Source of the DNA: the human T2T-CHM13v2.0 reference genome, Homo sapiens | Direction: 5' to 3' (one strand) | NCBI RefSeq assembly: GCF_009914755.1 | Contig: NC_060933.1 | Length of the DNA stretch: 64,000 nucleotides | In this document: piece after piece, positions 15,170-28,039 of the stretch | How the letters are laid out: each line of letters opens with the position of its first letter | Position numbering within the stretch: the stretch's first letter is position 1 | Position numbers and translations under genes: made by a program | The notes under the pieces: generated by a model | What the model was told of the DNA's origin: nothing | Seen by the model: the letters and a program-made list of their open reading frames with translations, nothing else | Databases searched by the model: none

Positions 15170-16900
15170 TGGAATGGAGTGGAATGGAATGGAATGGAAT
15201 GGAACAACCCGAATGGAATGGAATGTAATGGAGAGTACGGGAGTTGAATAGAATCAATCCGAATGTAATGGAATGGAATGGAACGGAATGGAATTGAATG
15301 GAATGGAATGGAATGCAATGGAATGGAATCAACCCGAGTGCAATGGAATGGAGAGGAATGGAATGGAATGGAATGGAAACTACCCGAATGGAATGGAATG
15401 TAATGGAGTGTAAGGGAATTGAATAGAATCATTCCGAATGTAATGGAATGGAATGGAACGGAATGGAATGGAATGGAATGGAATGGAATGGAATGGAATG
15501 CAATGGAATGGAATCAACCCGAGTGCAATCGAATGGAATCGAATGGAATGGAATGCAATGGAATGGATTCAACTTGAATGGAATGGAAAGAATGGAATCA
15601 ACACGAGTGGAATGGCATGGATTGGAATGGAATGGAATGGAATCAACCCGAGTACAGGGGAATGGAATGGAATGGAATGAAATGGAATGGAATCATCCTT
15701 AATGGAATGGAAAGGAATGGAATGGAATGGAATTGAATGGAATGCAATCAACTCGATTGCAATCGAATGGAATGGAATGGAATTAACCCGAATAGAATGG
15801 AATGGAATGGAATGGAACGGAACGGAACGGAATGGAATGGATTGGTATGGAATGGAATGGAATGGAATGGAACGGAATGGAATGGAATGGAATGGAATGG
15901 AATGGAATGGAATGGAATCAACGCGAGTGCAGGGGAATGGAATGGAATGGAATGCAATGGAATGGAATCTTCCGGAATGGAATGGAATGGAATGGAATGG
16001 AATGGAATGGAATGGAATAAACCCGAGTGCAATGGAATGGAGTGGAATGGAATGGAATGGAATGGAACAACCCGAATGGAATGGAATGTAATGGAGAGTA
16101 CGGGAGTTGAATAGAATCAATCCGAATGTAATGGAATGGAATGGAACGGAATGGAATTGAATGGAATGGAATGGAATGCAATGGAATGGAATCAACCCGA
16201 GTGCAATGGAATGGAGAGGAATGGAATGGAATGGAATGGAAACTACCCGAATGGAATGGAATGTAATGGAGTGTAAGGGAATTGAATAGAATCATTCCGA
16301 ATGTAATGGAATGGAATGGAACGGAATGGAATGGAATGGAATGGAATGGAATGGAATGGAATGCAATGGAATGGAATCAACCCGAGTGCAATCGAATGGA
16401 ATCGAATGGAATGGAATGCAATGGAATGGATTCAACTTGAATGGAATGGAAAGAATGGAATCAACACGAGTGGAATGGCATGGATTGGAATGGAATGGAA
16501 TGGAATCAACCCGAGTACAGGGGAATGGAATGGAATGGAATGAAATGGAATGGAATCATCCTTAATGGAATGGAAAGGAATGGAATGGAATGGAATTGAA
16601 TGGAATGCAATCAACTCGATTGCAATCGAATGGAATGGAATGGAATTAACCCGAATAGAATGGAATGGAATGGAATGGAACGGAACGGAACGGAATGGAA
16701 TGGATTGGTATGGAATGGAATGGAATGGAATGGAACGGAATGGAATGGAATGGAATGGAATGGAATGGAATGGAATGGAATGGAATCAACGCGAGTGCAG
16801 GGGAATGGAATGGAATGGAATGCAATGGAATGGAATCTTCCGGAATGGAATGGAATGGAATGGAATGGAATGGAATGGAATGGAATAAACCCGAGTGCAA
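15170..16900 (+). repeat. Recent 863-bp tandem duplication
   Basis: Identical ORF translations 15448..15702 vs 16311..16565 and 15453..15680 vs 16316..16543 (offset 863). Private markers GAGAGTACGGG, AATCATTCCGAAT, CATCCTTAAT and GCAATCAACTCG each occur in both copies. Confidence 0.93.
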
Positions 16901-19350
16901 TGGAATGGAGTGGAATGGAATGGAATGGAATGGAACAACTCGAATGGAATGGAATGTAATGGAGAGTAAGGGAGTTGAATAGAATCAATCCGAATGTAAT
17001 GGAATGGAATGGAACGGAATGGAATTGAATGGAATGGAATGGAATGCAATGGAATGGAATCAACGCGAGTGAAATGGAATGGAGAGGAACGGAATGGAAT
17101 GGAATGGAAACTACCCGAATGGAATGGAATGTAATGGAGTGTAAGGGAATTGAATAGAATCAATCCGAATGGAATGGAATGGAATGGAACGGAATGGAAT
17201 GGAATGGAATGGAATGGAATGGAATGGATTGGTATGGAATGGAATGGAATGGTACGTAATAGAATGGAATGGAACGAATTTTAATGGAATGGAATTGAAT
17301 GGAATGGAATGGAATGGAATGGAATCAACGCGAGTGCAGGGGAATGTAATGGAACGGAATGCAATGGAATGGAATCATCCAGAATGGAATGGAACGGAAT
17401 GGAATGTAATGGAATCAACCCGAGTGCAATGGAATGGAGTGGAATGGAATGGAATGGAATGGAACAACCCAAATGGAATGGAAGGTAATGGAGAGTAAGG
17501 GAGTTGAATAGAATCAATCCGAATGTAATGGAATGGAAAGCAACGGAATGGAACGGAATGGAATGGAATGGAATGGAATGGAATGGAATGCAATGGAATG
17601 GAATCAACCCGAGTACAATGGAATGGAATGGAATGGAATGGAATGGAATGGAATGGAATGGAATTGAACGCAATGGAATGGAATCTTCCGGAATGGAATG
17701 GAATGGAATGGAATGGAATGCAATGGATTCAACTCGATTGCAATGGAATGGAATAGAATGGAATGGAATGGAATGGAATGGAATGGAATGGAATTAAGCC
17801 GAATAGAATGGAATGGAATGGAATGGAATGGAATGGAATGGAATGGAATGCAATGGAATGGAATCAACCCGAGTACAATGGAACCGAATGTAATGTAATG
17901 TAATGTAATGGAATGGAATGGAATGGAATGGAATCAACCCGAGTGCAATGGAATGGAGAGGAATGGAATGGAATGGAATGGAAACTACCCGAATGGAATG
18001 GAATGTAATGGAGTGTAAGGGAATTGAATAGAATCAATCCGAATGGAATGGAATGGAATGGAACGGAATCGAATGGAATGGAATGGAATGGAATCAACCC
18101 GAGTGTAGGGGAATGGAATGGAATGGAATGCATTGGAATGGAATCATCCGGAATGGAATGGAATGGAATGGAATGGAATGGAATGGAATGGAATCAATCC
18201 GAGTGCAATGGAATGGAGTGGAATGGAATGGAATGGAATGGAACAACCCGAATGGAATGGAATGTAATGGAGAGTAAGGGAGTTGAATAGAATCAATCCG
18301 AATGTAATGGAATGGAATGCAACGGAATGGAATGGAATGGAATGGAATGGAATGCAATGGAATGGAATCAACCCGAGTGCAATGGAATGGAGTGGAATGG
18401 AATGGAATGGAATGGAACAACCCGAATGGAATGGAATGGAATGGAGAGTAAGGGAGTTGAATAGAATCAATCCGAATGTAATGGAATGGAATGGAACGGA
18501 ATGGAATTGAATGGAATGGAATGGAATGCAATGGAATGGAATCAAACCGAGTGCAATGGAATGGAGAGGAATGGAATGGAATGGAATGGAATGCAATGGA
18601 ATGGAATCAACCCGAGTGCAATGGAATAGAGAGGAATGGAATGGAATGGAATGGAAACTACCCGAATGGAATGGAATGGAATGTAATGGAGTGTAAGGGA
18701 ATTGAATAGAATCAATCCAAATGTAATGGAATGGAATGGAACGGAATGGAATGGAATGGAATGGAATGGAATGGAATGGAATGCAATGGAATGGAATCAA
18801 CCCGAGTGCAATCGAATGGAATCCAACTGAATGGAAGGCAATGGAATGGATTCAACTTGAATGGAATGGAAAGAATGGAATCAACACGAGTGGAATGGCA
18901 TGGATTGGAATGGAATGGAACGGAATCAACCCGAGTACCAGGGAATGGAATGGAATGGAATGCAATGGAATGGAATCATCCGTAATGGAATGGAAAGGAA
19001 TGGAATGGAATGGAATGGAATGGAATCAACTCGATTGCAATCGAATGGAATGGAATGGAATTAACCCGAATAGAATGGAATGGAATGGAATGGAACGGAA
19101 CGGAATGGAATGGAATGGAATGGAATGGAATCAAAGCGAGTGCAGGGGAATGGAATGGAATGGAATGCAATGGAATGGAAACTTCCGGAATGGAATGGAA
19201 TGGAATGGAATGGAATGAAATGCAATGGATTCAACTCGATTGCAATGGAATGGAATAGAATGGAATGGAATGGAATGGAATGGAATGGAATTAATCCGAA
19301 TAGAATGGAATGGAATGGAATGGAACGGAACGGAATGTAATGTAATGGAA

Positions 19351-19470
19351 TGGAATGGTATGGAATGGAATGGAATGGTACGGAATAGAATGGAATGGAG
19401 AGAATTGTAATGGAATGGTATGGAATGGAATGGAATGGTACGGAATAGAATGGAATGGAGCGAATTGTAA
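19351..19470 (+). repeat. 60-bp tandem duplication (1 mismatch)
   Basis: 19351-19410 equals 19411-19470 except at 19401 (a) vs 19461 (c). Confidence 0.9.
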
Positions 19471-21619
19471 TGGAATGGAATGGAATGGAATGGAATGGAA
19501 TGGAATGGAATCAACGCGAGTGCAGGGGAATGTAATGGAACGGAATGCAATGGAATGGAATCATCCGGAATGGAATGGAATTGAATGGAATGGAATGGAA
19601 TCAACCCGAGTGCAATGGAATGGAGTGGAATGGAATGGAATAGAATGGAACAACCCGAATGGAGTGGAATGTAATGGAGAGTAAGGGAGTTGAATAGAAT
19701 CAATCCAAATGTAATGGAATGGAATGCAACGGAATGGAATGGAATGGAATGGAATGGAATGGAATGCAATGGAATGGAATCAACCCGAGTACAATGGAAT
19801 GCAATGGAATGGAATGGAATGGAATGGAATGGAATGGAATGATACGGAATGGAATGGAATGGAACGAAATGGAATGGAATGGAATGGAATCGAATGGAAT
19901 GGAATGGAATGGAATGGAATGGAATGGAATCGTTCCGAGTGGAATAGGAGGGAATGTATTCGAGTGGAATGGAAAGGAATGGAAGCAACCAGAGTGGAAT
20001 GGAAGGGAATGGAATGGAATGGAAACTAATAGAATGGAATCAACCAGAGTGGAATGGAATGGAAAGGACTGCAATGGAATGGAATGGAATGGAATAAACT
20101 CGATTGTAATGGAATGGAATGGAATGGAATGGAATGGAATGGAATGGAATGGAATTAACCCGAATACAATGGAATGGAATGGAATGGAACGGAATGGAGT
20201 GGAATGGAATGGAATCAACCCGAGTGCAGGGGAATGGAATGGAATGCAATGCAATGGAATGGAATCATCCGGAATGGAATGGAATGGAATGCAAAGCAAT
20301 GGAATCAACTCGATTGAAATGGAATGGAAAGGAATGGAAAGGAATACATTGGAATCAACCCGAGTGGAATGGAATGGAAAGGACTGGAATGGAGTGGAAT
20401 GGAATGGAATGGAATGGAATGGAATGGAATGAAATGGAATCAAACTTATTGGAATGGAATGGAATGGAATGGAATGGAATGGAATGGAATGGAATTAACC
20501 CGAATAGAAAGGAATGGAATGGAATGGAACGGAACGGAATGGAATGGAATGGAATGGAATCAACCTGACTGCAGGGGAATGGAATGCAATGGAATGCAAT
20601 GGAATGGATTCAACTTGAATGAAATGGAAAGAATGGAATCAACACGAGTGGAATGGCATGGATTGGAATGGAATGGAATGGAATCAACCCGAGTACAGGG
20701 GAATGGAATGGAATGGAATGCAATGGAATGGAATCATCCGTAATGGAATGGAAAGGAATGGAATGGAATGGAATGGAATGGAATGGAATGGAATCAACTC
20801 GATTGAAATCGAATGGAATGGAATGGAATTAACCCGAATAGAATGGAATAGAATGGAATGGAACGGAACGGAACGGAAGGGAATGGAATGGAATGGAATG
20901 GAATGGAATGGAACGGAAAGGAACGGAATGGAATGGAATGGAATGGAATGGAATGGAATCAACGAGAGTGCAGGGGAATGGAATGGAATGGAATGGAATG
21001 GAATGGAATGGAATTGAATGGAATGGCATGGAATCAAAGCGAGTGCAGGGCAATGGCATGGAATGGAATGCAATGGAATGGAATCATCCGGAATGGAATG
21101 GAATGGAATGGAATGGAATGAAATGCAATGGATTCAACGCGATTGCAATGGAATGGAATAGAATGGAATGGAATGGAATGGAATGGGATTAACCCGAACA
21201 GAATGGAATGGAATGGAACGGAACGGAATGGAACGGAAAGGAATGGAATGGAATGGAATGGAATGGAATGGAATGGTATGGAATGGAATGCAATGGTACG
21301 GAATAGAAAGCAATGGAACGAATTGTAATGGAATGGAATTGAATGGAATGGAATGGAATGGAATGGAATCAACGCGAGTGCAGGGGAATGTAGTGGAACG
21401 GAATGCAATGGAATGGAATCATCCGGAATGGAATGGAATGGAATGGAATGGAATGGAATCAACCCGAGTGCAATGGAATGGAGTGGAATGGAATGGAATG
21501 GAATGGAACAACCCGAATGGAATGGAATGTAATGGAGAGTAAGGGAGTTGAATAGAATCAATTCGAATGTAATGGAATGGAATGCAACGGAATGGAATGG
21601 AATGGAATGGAATGGAATG

Positions 21620-24330
21620 GAATGGAATGCAAATGAATGGAATCAACCCGGGTGGAATGGCATGGAATTGAATGCAATGGATTGGAATGGAATGGAATCA
21701 ACTCGAGTGGAAAGGAATGGAATGGAATGGAAAGGAATGGAATGAAGTCAACTCGAGTGGAATGGAATTGAATGGAATGGATTGGAATGGATTGCAATGG
21801 AATGAAATGGAATGGAATGGAATGGAATCAATCATGGAAGGCAATGTAATGGAGTGGAAAGAAGGGAATGGAATCAACACGAGTGGAATGCAAGGCAATG
21901 GAATGGAATGGAAAGGAATCGAATGGAATCAACTCGATTGCAATGGAATGGAATGGAATGGAATGGAATGGAATCAACCCGAGTGCAATGGAATGGAGTG
22001 GAATGGAATGGAATGGAATGGAACAACCCGAATGGAATGGAATGTAATGGAGAGTAAGGGAGTTTAATACAATCAATCCGAATGTAATGGAATGGAATGC
22101 AACGGAATGGAATGGAATGGAATGGAATGGAATGCAATGGAATGGAATCAACCCGAGTACAATGGAATGGAATGGAATGGAATGGAATGGAATGGAATGG
22201 AATGCCTTCAAACCGAATGGAATGGAAAGGAATGGAATCAACACGAGTGGAATGGAATGGAATGGAATGGAATGGAATGGAAAGGAATGATACGGAATAG
22301 AATGGAATGGAACGAAATGGAATGGAATGGAATGGAATGGAATGGAATGGAATGGAATGGAATGGAATCGTTCCGAGTGGAATAGGAGGGAATGTATTCG
22401 AGTGGAATGGAAAGGAATGGAATCAACCAGAGTGGAATGGAAGGGAATGGAATGGAATGGAAACTAATAGAATGGAATCAACCCGAGTGGAATGGAATGC
22501 AAACGACTGGAATGGAATGGAATGGAATGGAATGGAATGGAATGGAATGGAATCAACTCGATTGTAACGGAATGGAATGGAATGCAATGTAATGGAATGG
22601 AATGGAATGGAATGGAATGGAATCAACCCAACTGCAGGGCAATGCAATGGAATGGAATGCAATTGAATGGATTCAACTTGAATGGAATGGAAAGAATGGA
22701 ATCAACACGAGTGGAATGGCATGGATTGGAATAGAATGGAATGGAATCAACCCGAGTACAGAGGAATGGAATGGAATGGAATGCAATGGAATGGAATCAT
22801 CCGTAATGGAATGGAAAGGAATGGAATGGAATGGAATGGAATGGAATGGAGTCATCCGTAATGGAATGGAAAGGAATGGAATGGAATGGAATGGAATGGA
22901 ATGGAATCAACTCGATTGCAATCGAATGGAATGGAATGGAATTAACCCGAATAGAATGGAATGGAATGGAACGGAACGGAACGGAATGGAATGGAATGGA
23001 ATGGAATGGAATCAACTCGATTGGAATGGAATGGAATGGAATGGAATGGAATGGAATTAACCTGAATAGAATGGAATGGAATGGAATGGAACGGAACGGA
23101 ATGGAACGGAATGGAATGGAGTGGAATGGAATGGAATGGAATGGAATCAACCCTACTGCAGGGCAATGCAATGGAATGGAATGCAATTGAATGGATTCAA
23201 CTTGAATGGAATGGAAAGAATGGAATCAACACGAGTGGAATGGCATGGATTGGAAGAGAATGGAATGGAATCAACCCGAGTACAGAGGAATGGAATGGAA
23301 TGGAATGCAATGGAATGGAATCATCCGTAATGGAATGGAAAGGAATGGAATGGAATGGAATGGAATGGAATGGAATGGAATGGAAAGGAATCAACTGGAT
23401 TGCAATCGAATGGAATGGAATGGAATTAACCCGAATAGAATGGAATGGAATGGAATGGAACGGAACGGAACGGAATGGAATGGATTGGAATGGAATGGAA
23501 TGGAATGGAACGGAAAGGAATGGAATGGAATGGAATGGAATGGAATGGAATCAACGCGAGTGCAGGGGAATGGAATGGAATGGAATGCAATGGATTGGAA
23601 TCTTCCGGAATGGAATGGAATGGAATGGAATGGAATGGAATGGAATAAACCCGAGTGCAATGGAATGGAGTGGAATGGAATGGAATGGAATGGAACAACC
23701 CGAATGGAATCGAATGTAATGGAGAGTAAGGGAGTTGAATAGAATCAATCCGAATGTAATGGAATGGAATGGAACGGAATGGAATTGAATGGAATGGAAT
23801 GGAATGCAATGGAATGGAATCAACCCGAGTGCAATGGAATGGAGAGGAATGGAATGGAATGGAATGTAAACTACCCGAATGGAATGGAATGTAATGGAGT
23901 GTAAGGGAATTGAAAAGAATCAATCCGAATGTAATGGAATGGAATGGAACGGGATGGAATGGAATGGAATGGAATGGAATGGAATGGAATGGAATGCAAT
24001 GGAATGGAATCAACCCGAGTGGAATGGCATGGAATGGAATGGAATGGAATGCAATGGAATGGAATCAACTCGAGTGGAAAGGAATGGAATGGAATGGAAA
24101 GGAATGGAATGAAATCAACTCGAGTGGAATGGAATGGGATGGAATGGATTGGAATGTATTGCAATGGAATGAAATGGAATGGAATGGAATGGAATCAATC
24201 ATTCCGAGTGGAATGGAAGGGAATGTAATGGAGTGGAAAGAAGGGAATGGAATCAACCCGATTGGAATGCAAGGCAATGGAATGGAATGGAAAGGAATGG
24301 AATGGAATCAACTCGATTGCAATGGAATGG
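21620..24330 (+). repeat. Dispersed pair of a ~330-bp rare-vocabulary block (~21620-21960 and ~24000-24330)
   Basis: Both contain TCAACTCGAGTGGAAAGG, a second TCAACTCGAGTGG, ATTGCAATGGAATGAAATGG, AATCAATCA, GGAGTGGAAAGAAGGG and GCAAGGCAATGG in the same order. Confidence 0.85.
22600..23480 (+). repeat. 524-bp-offset duplication
   Basis: Private words ACTGCAGGGCAATGC, GCAATTGAATGGATTCAACTTG and GAGTACAGAGGA each occur twice. ORF ends at 22673 and 23197 are 524 apart. Confidence 0.85.
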
Positions 24331-26469
24331 AATGGAATGGAATGGAAAGGAATGGAATTAACCGGAATAGAATGGAATGCAATGGAATGGAACGGAATGG
24401 AATGGAATGGAAGGGAATGGAATCAACACGAGTGCAGGGGAATGGAATGGTAAGGAATGCAATTGAATGGAATCATCCGGAATGGAATGGAATGGAATGG
24501 AATCAACTCCATTGCAATGGAATGGAATGGAATGGAATGGAATAGAATGGAATGGAATTAACCCGAATAGAATGGAATGCAATAGAATGGAATGGAACGG
24601 AACCGAATGGAGTGGAATGGAATGGAATGGAATCAACCTGAGTGCAGGGGAATGGAATGGAATGGAATGCAATGGAATGGAATCTTCCGGAATGGAATGG
24701 AATGGAATGGAATGGAATGAAATGCAATGGATTCAACTCGATTGCAATGGAATGGAATGGAATAGAATGGAATGGAATGAAATGGAATGGAATGGAATTA
24801 ACCCGAATAGAATGGAATGGAATGGAATGGAACGGAACGGAACGGAATGGAATGGAATGGAATGGAATGGAATGGAACGGAACGGAACGGAATGGAATGG
24901 AATGGAATGTAATCAACGCGAGTGCAGGGGAACGGAATGGAATGGAATGCAATGGAATGCAATTTCCGGAATGGAATGGAATGGAATGGAATGGAATGAA
25001 ATGCAATGGATTCAACTCGATTGCAATGGAATGGAATAGAATGGAATGGAACGGAATTAACCCGAATAGAATGGAATGGAATGGAATGGAACGGAATGGA
25101 ACGGAACGGAATGGAATGGAATGGAATGGAATGGTATGGAATGGAATGGAATGGTACGGAATAGAATGGAATGGAACGAATTGTAATGGAATGGAATTGA
25201 ATGGAATGGAATGGAATGGAATGGAATCAACGCGAGAGAAGGAGAATGTAATGGAACGGAATGCAATGGAATGGAATCATCCGGAATGGAATGGAATGGA
25301 ATGGAATGGAATGGAATCAACCCGAGTGCAATGGAATGGAGTGGAATGGAATGGAATGGAATGGAACAACCCGAATGGAATGGAATGTAATGGAGAGTAA
25401 GGTAGTTGAATAGAATCAATCCGGATGTAATGGAATGGAATGCAACGGAATGGAATGGAATCGAAAGGAATGGAATGCAATGGAATGGAATCAACCCGAG
25501 TACAATGAAATGGAATGGAATGGAATGGAATGGAATGGAATGGAATGGAATGGAATGGAATGCCTTCAAACTGAATGGAATGGAAAGGAATGGAATCAAC
25601 ACGAGTGGAATGGAATGGAATGGAATGGAATGGAATGGAATGGAATGGAATGGAACGGAATAGAATGGAATGGAACGAAATGGAATGGAATGGAATGGAA
25701 TGGAATGGAATCGTTCCGAGTGGAATAGGAGGGAATGTATTCGAGTGGAATGGAAAGGAATGGAATCAACCAGAGTGGAATGGAAGGGAATGGAATGGAA
25801 TGGAAACTAATAGAATGGAATCAACCCGAGCGGAATGGAATGGAAAGGACTGGAATGGAATGGAATGGAATGGAATGGAATGGAATGGAATCAACCCGAT
25901 TGTAATGGAATGGAATGGAATGGAATGGAATGGAATGGAATGGAATGCAATGGAATTAACCCGAATACAATGGAATGGAATGGAATGGAACTGAATGGAG
26001 TGGAATGGAATGGAATCAACCCGAGTGCATGGTAATGGAATGCAATGGAATGCAATGGAAAGGAATCATCCGGAATGGAATGGAATGGAATGGAATGCAA
26101 AGAAATGGAATCAACTCGATTGCAATGGAATGGAATGGAATGGAAAGGAATAGAATGGAATCAACCCGAGTGGAATGGAATGGAAAGGACTGGAATTGAG
26201 TGGAATGGAATGGAATGGAATGGAATGGAATCAACTCGATTGGAATGGAATGGAATGGAATGGAATGGAAGGGAATTAACACGAATAGAATGGAATGGAA
26301 TGGAATGGAACGGAATGGAATGGAATGGAATGGAATGGAATCAACCCGACTGCAGGGGAATGGAATGGAATGGAATGCAATGGAATGGAATCATCCGGAA
26401 CGGAATGGAATGGAATGGAATGGAATCAACTCGATTGCAATGGAATGGAATGGAATCGAATGGAATGGA

Positions 26470-27690
26470 ATGGAATGGAATGGAATGGAATCAACTCGAT
26501 TGCAATCGAATGGAATGGAATGGAATTAACCCGAATAGAATGGAATGGAATGGAATGGAAAGGAGCGGAATGGAATGGAATGGAATGGAATGGAATGGAA
26601 TGGAACGGAAAGGAATAGAATGGAATGGAATGGAATGGAATGGAATCAACGCGAGTGCAGGGGAATGGAATGGAATGGAATGGAATGGAATGAAATGCAA
26701 TGGATTCAACTCGATTGCAATGGAATGGAATAGAATGGAATGGAATGGAATGGAATGGAATTAACCCAAATAGAATGGAATGGAATGGAATGGAATGGTA
26801 TGGAATTTAATGGAATGGAATCAACTCGATTGTAATGGAATGGAATGGAATGGAATGGAATGGAATTAACCCGAATACAATGGAATGGAATGGAATGGAA
26901 CGGAATGCAGTGGAATGGAATGGAATCAACCCGAGTGCAGGGGAATGGAATGGAATGGAATGCAATGGAATGGAATCATCCGGAATGGAATGGAATGGAA
27001 TGGAATGCCAAATCAATGGAATCAACTCGATTGCAATGGAATGGGATGGAATGGAAAAGAATAGAATGAAATCAACCTGAGTGGAATGGAATGGAAAGGA
27101 CTGGAATGGAGTGGAATGGAATGGAACGGAATGGAATGGAATCAACTCGATTGGAATGGAGTGGAATGGAATTTCAATGGAATGGAATGGAATGGAATGG
27201 AATTAACCCGAATAGAATGGAATGGAATGGAATGGACCGGAATGGAATGGAATGGAATGGAATGGAATGGAATGGAATGGAATCAACCCGAGTGCAATGG
27301 AATGGAGTGGAATGGAATGGAATGGAATGGAACAACCCGAAGGGAATGGAATGTAATGGAGAGTAAGGGAGTTGAATAGAATCAATCCGATTGTAATGGA
27401 ATGGTATGCAACGGAATGGAATGGAATGGAATGGAATGCAATGGAATGCAATGGAATGGAATGAACTCGAGTACAATGGAATGGAATGGAATGGAATGGA
27501 ATGGAATGGAATGGAATAGAATGGAATGGAATTGAATGGAATGGAACGCCTTCAAACCGAATGGAATGGAAAGGAATGGAATCAACACGAGTGGAATGGA
27601 ATGGAATGGAAAGGAATGGAATGGAATGGAATGGTACGGAATATAATGGAATGGAACGAACTGGAATGGAATGGAATGGAATGGAATGGA
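26470..27690 (+). repeat. ~1.2-kb block duplicated at ~35830-37070 (offset ~9.37 kb); its first ~0.6 kb is also at ~31600-32215
   Basis: Shared markers AAGGAGCGG, GGTATGGAATTTAATGG, TCAACCTGAGTGG, GGACCGG, CCCGAAGGG, GAACGCCTTCAAACCG (27547 vs 36916) and AACGAACTGG. ORFs 26491, 31624 and 35851 are near-identical. Confidence 0.85.
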
Positions 27691-28039
27691 ATGGAATCGT
27701 TCCGAGTGGAATAGGAGGGAATGTATTCGAGGGGAATAGAAAGGAATGGAATCAACCAGAGTGGAACGGAAGGGAATGGAATGGAATGGAAACTAATAGA
27801 ATGGAATCAACCCGAGTGGAATGGAATGGAAAGGACTGGAATGGAATGGAATGGAATGGAATGGAATGGAATCAACTCGATTGGAATGGAATGGAATGGA
27901 ATGGAATGGAATTTAATGGAATGGAATTAACCCGAATACAATGGAATGGAATGGAATGGAACGGAATGGAGTGGAATGGAATGGAATCAACCCGAGTGCA
28001 GGGGAATGGATTGGAATGGAATGCAATGGAATGGAAACT

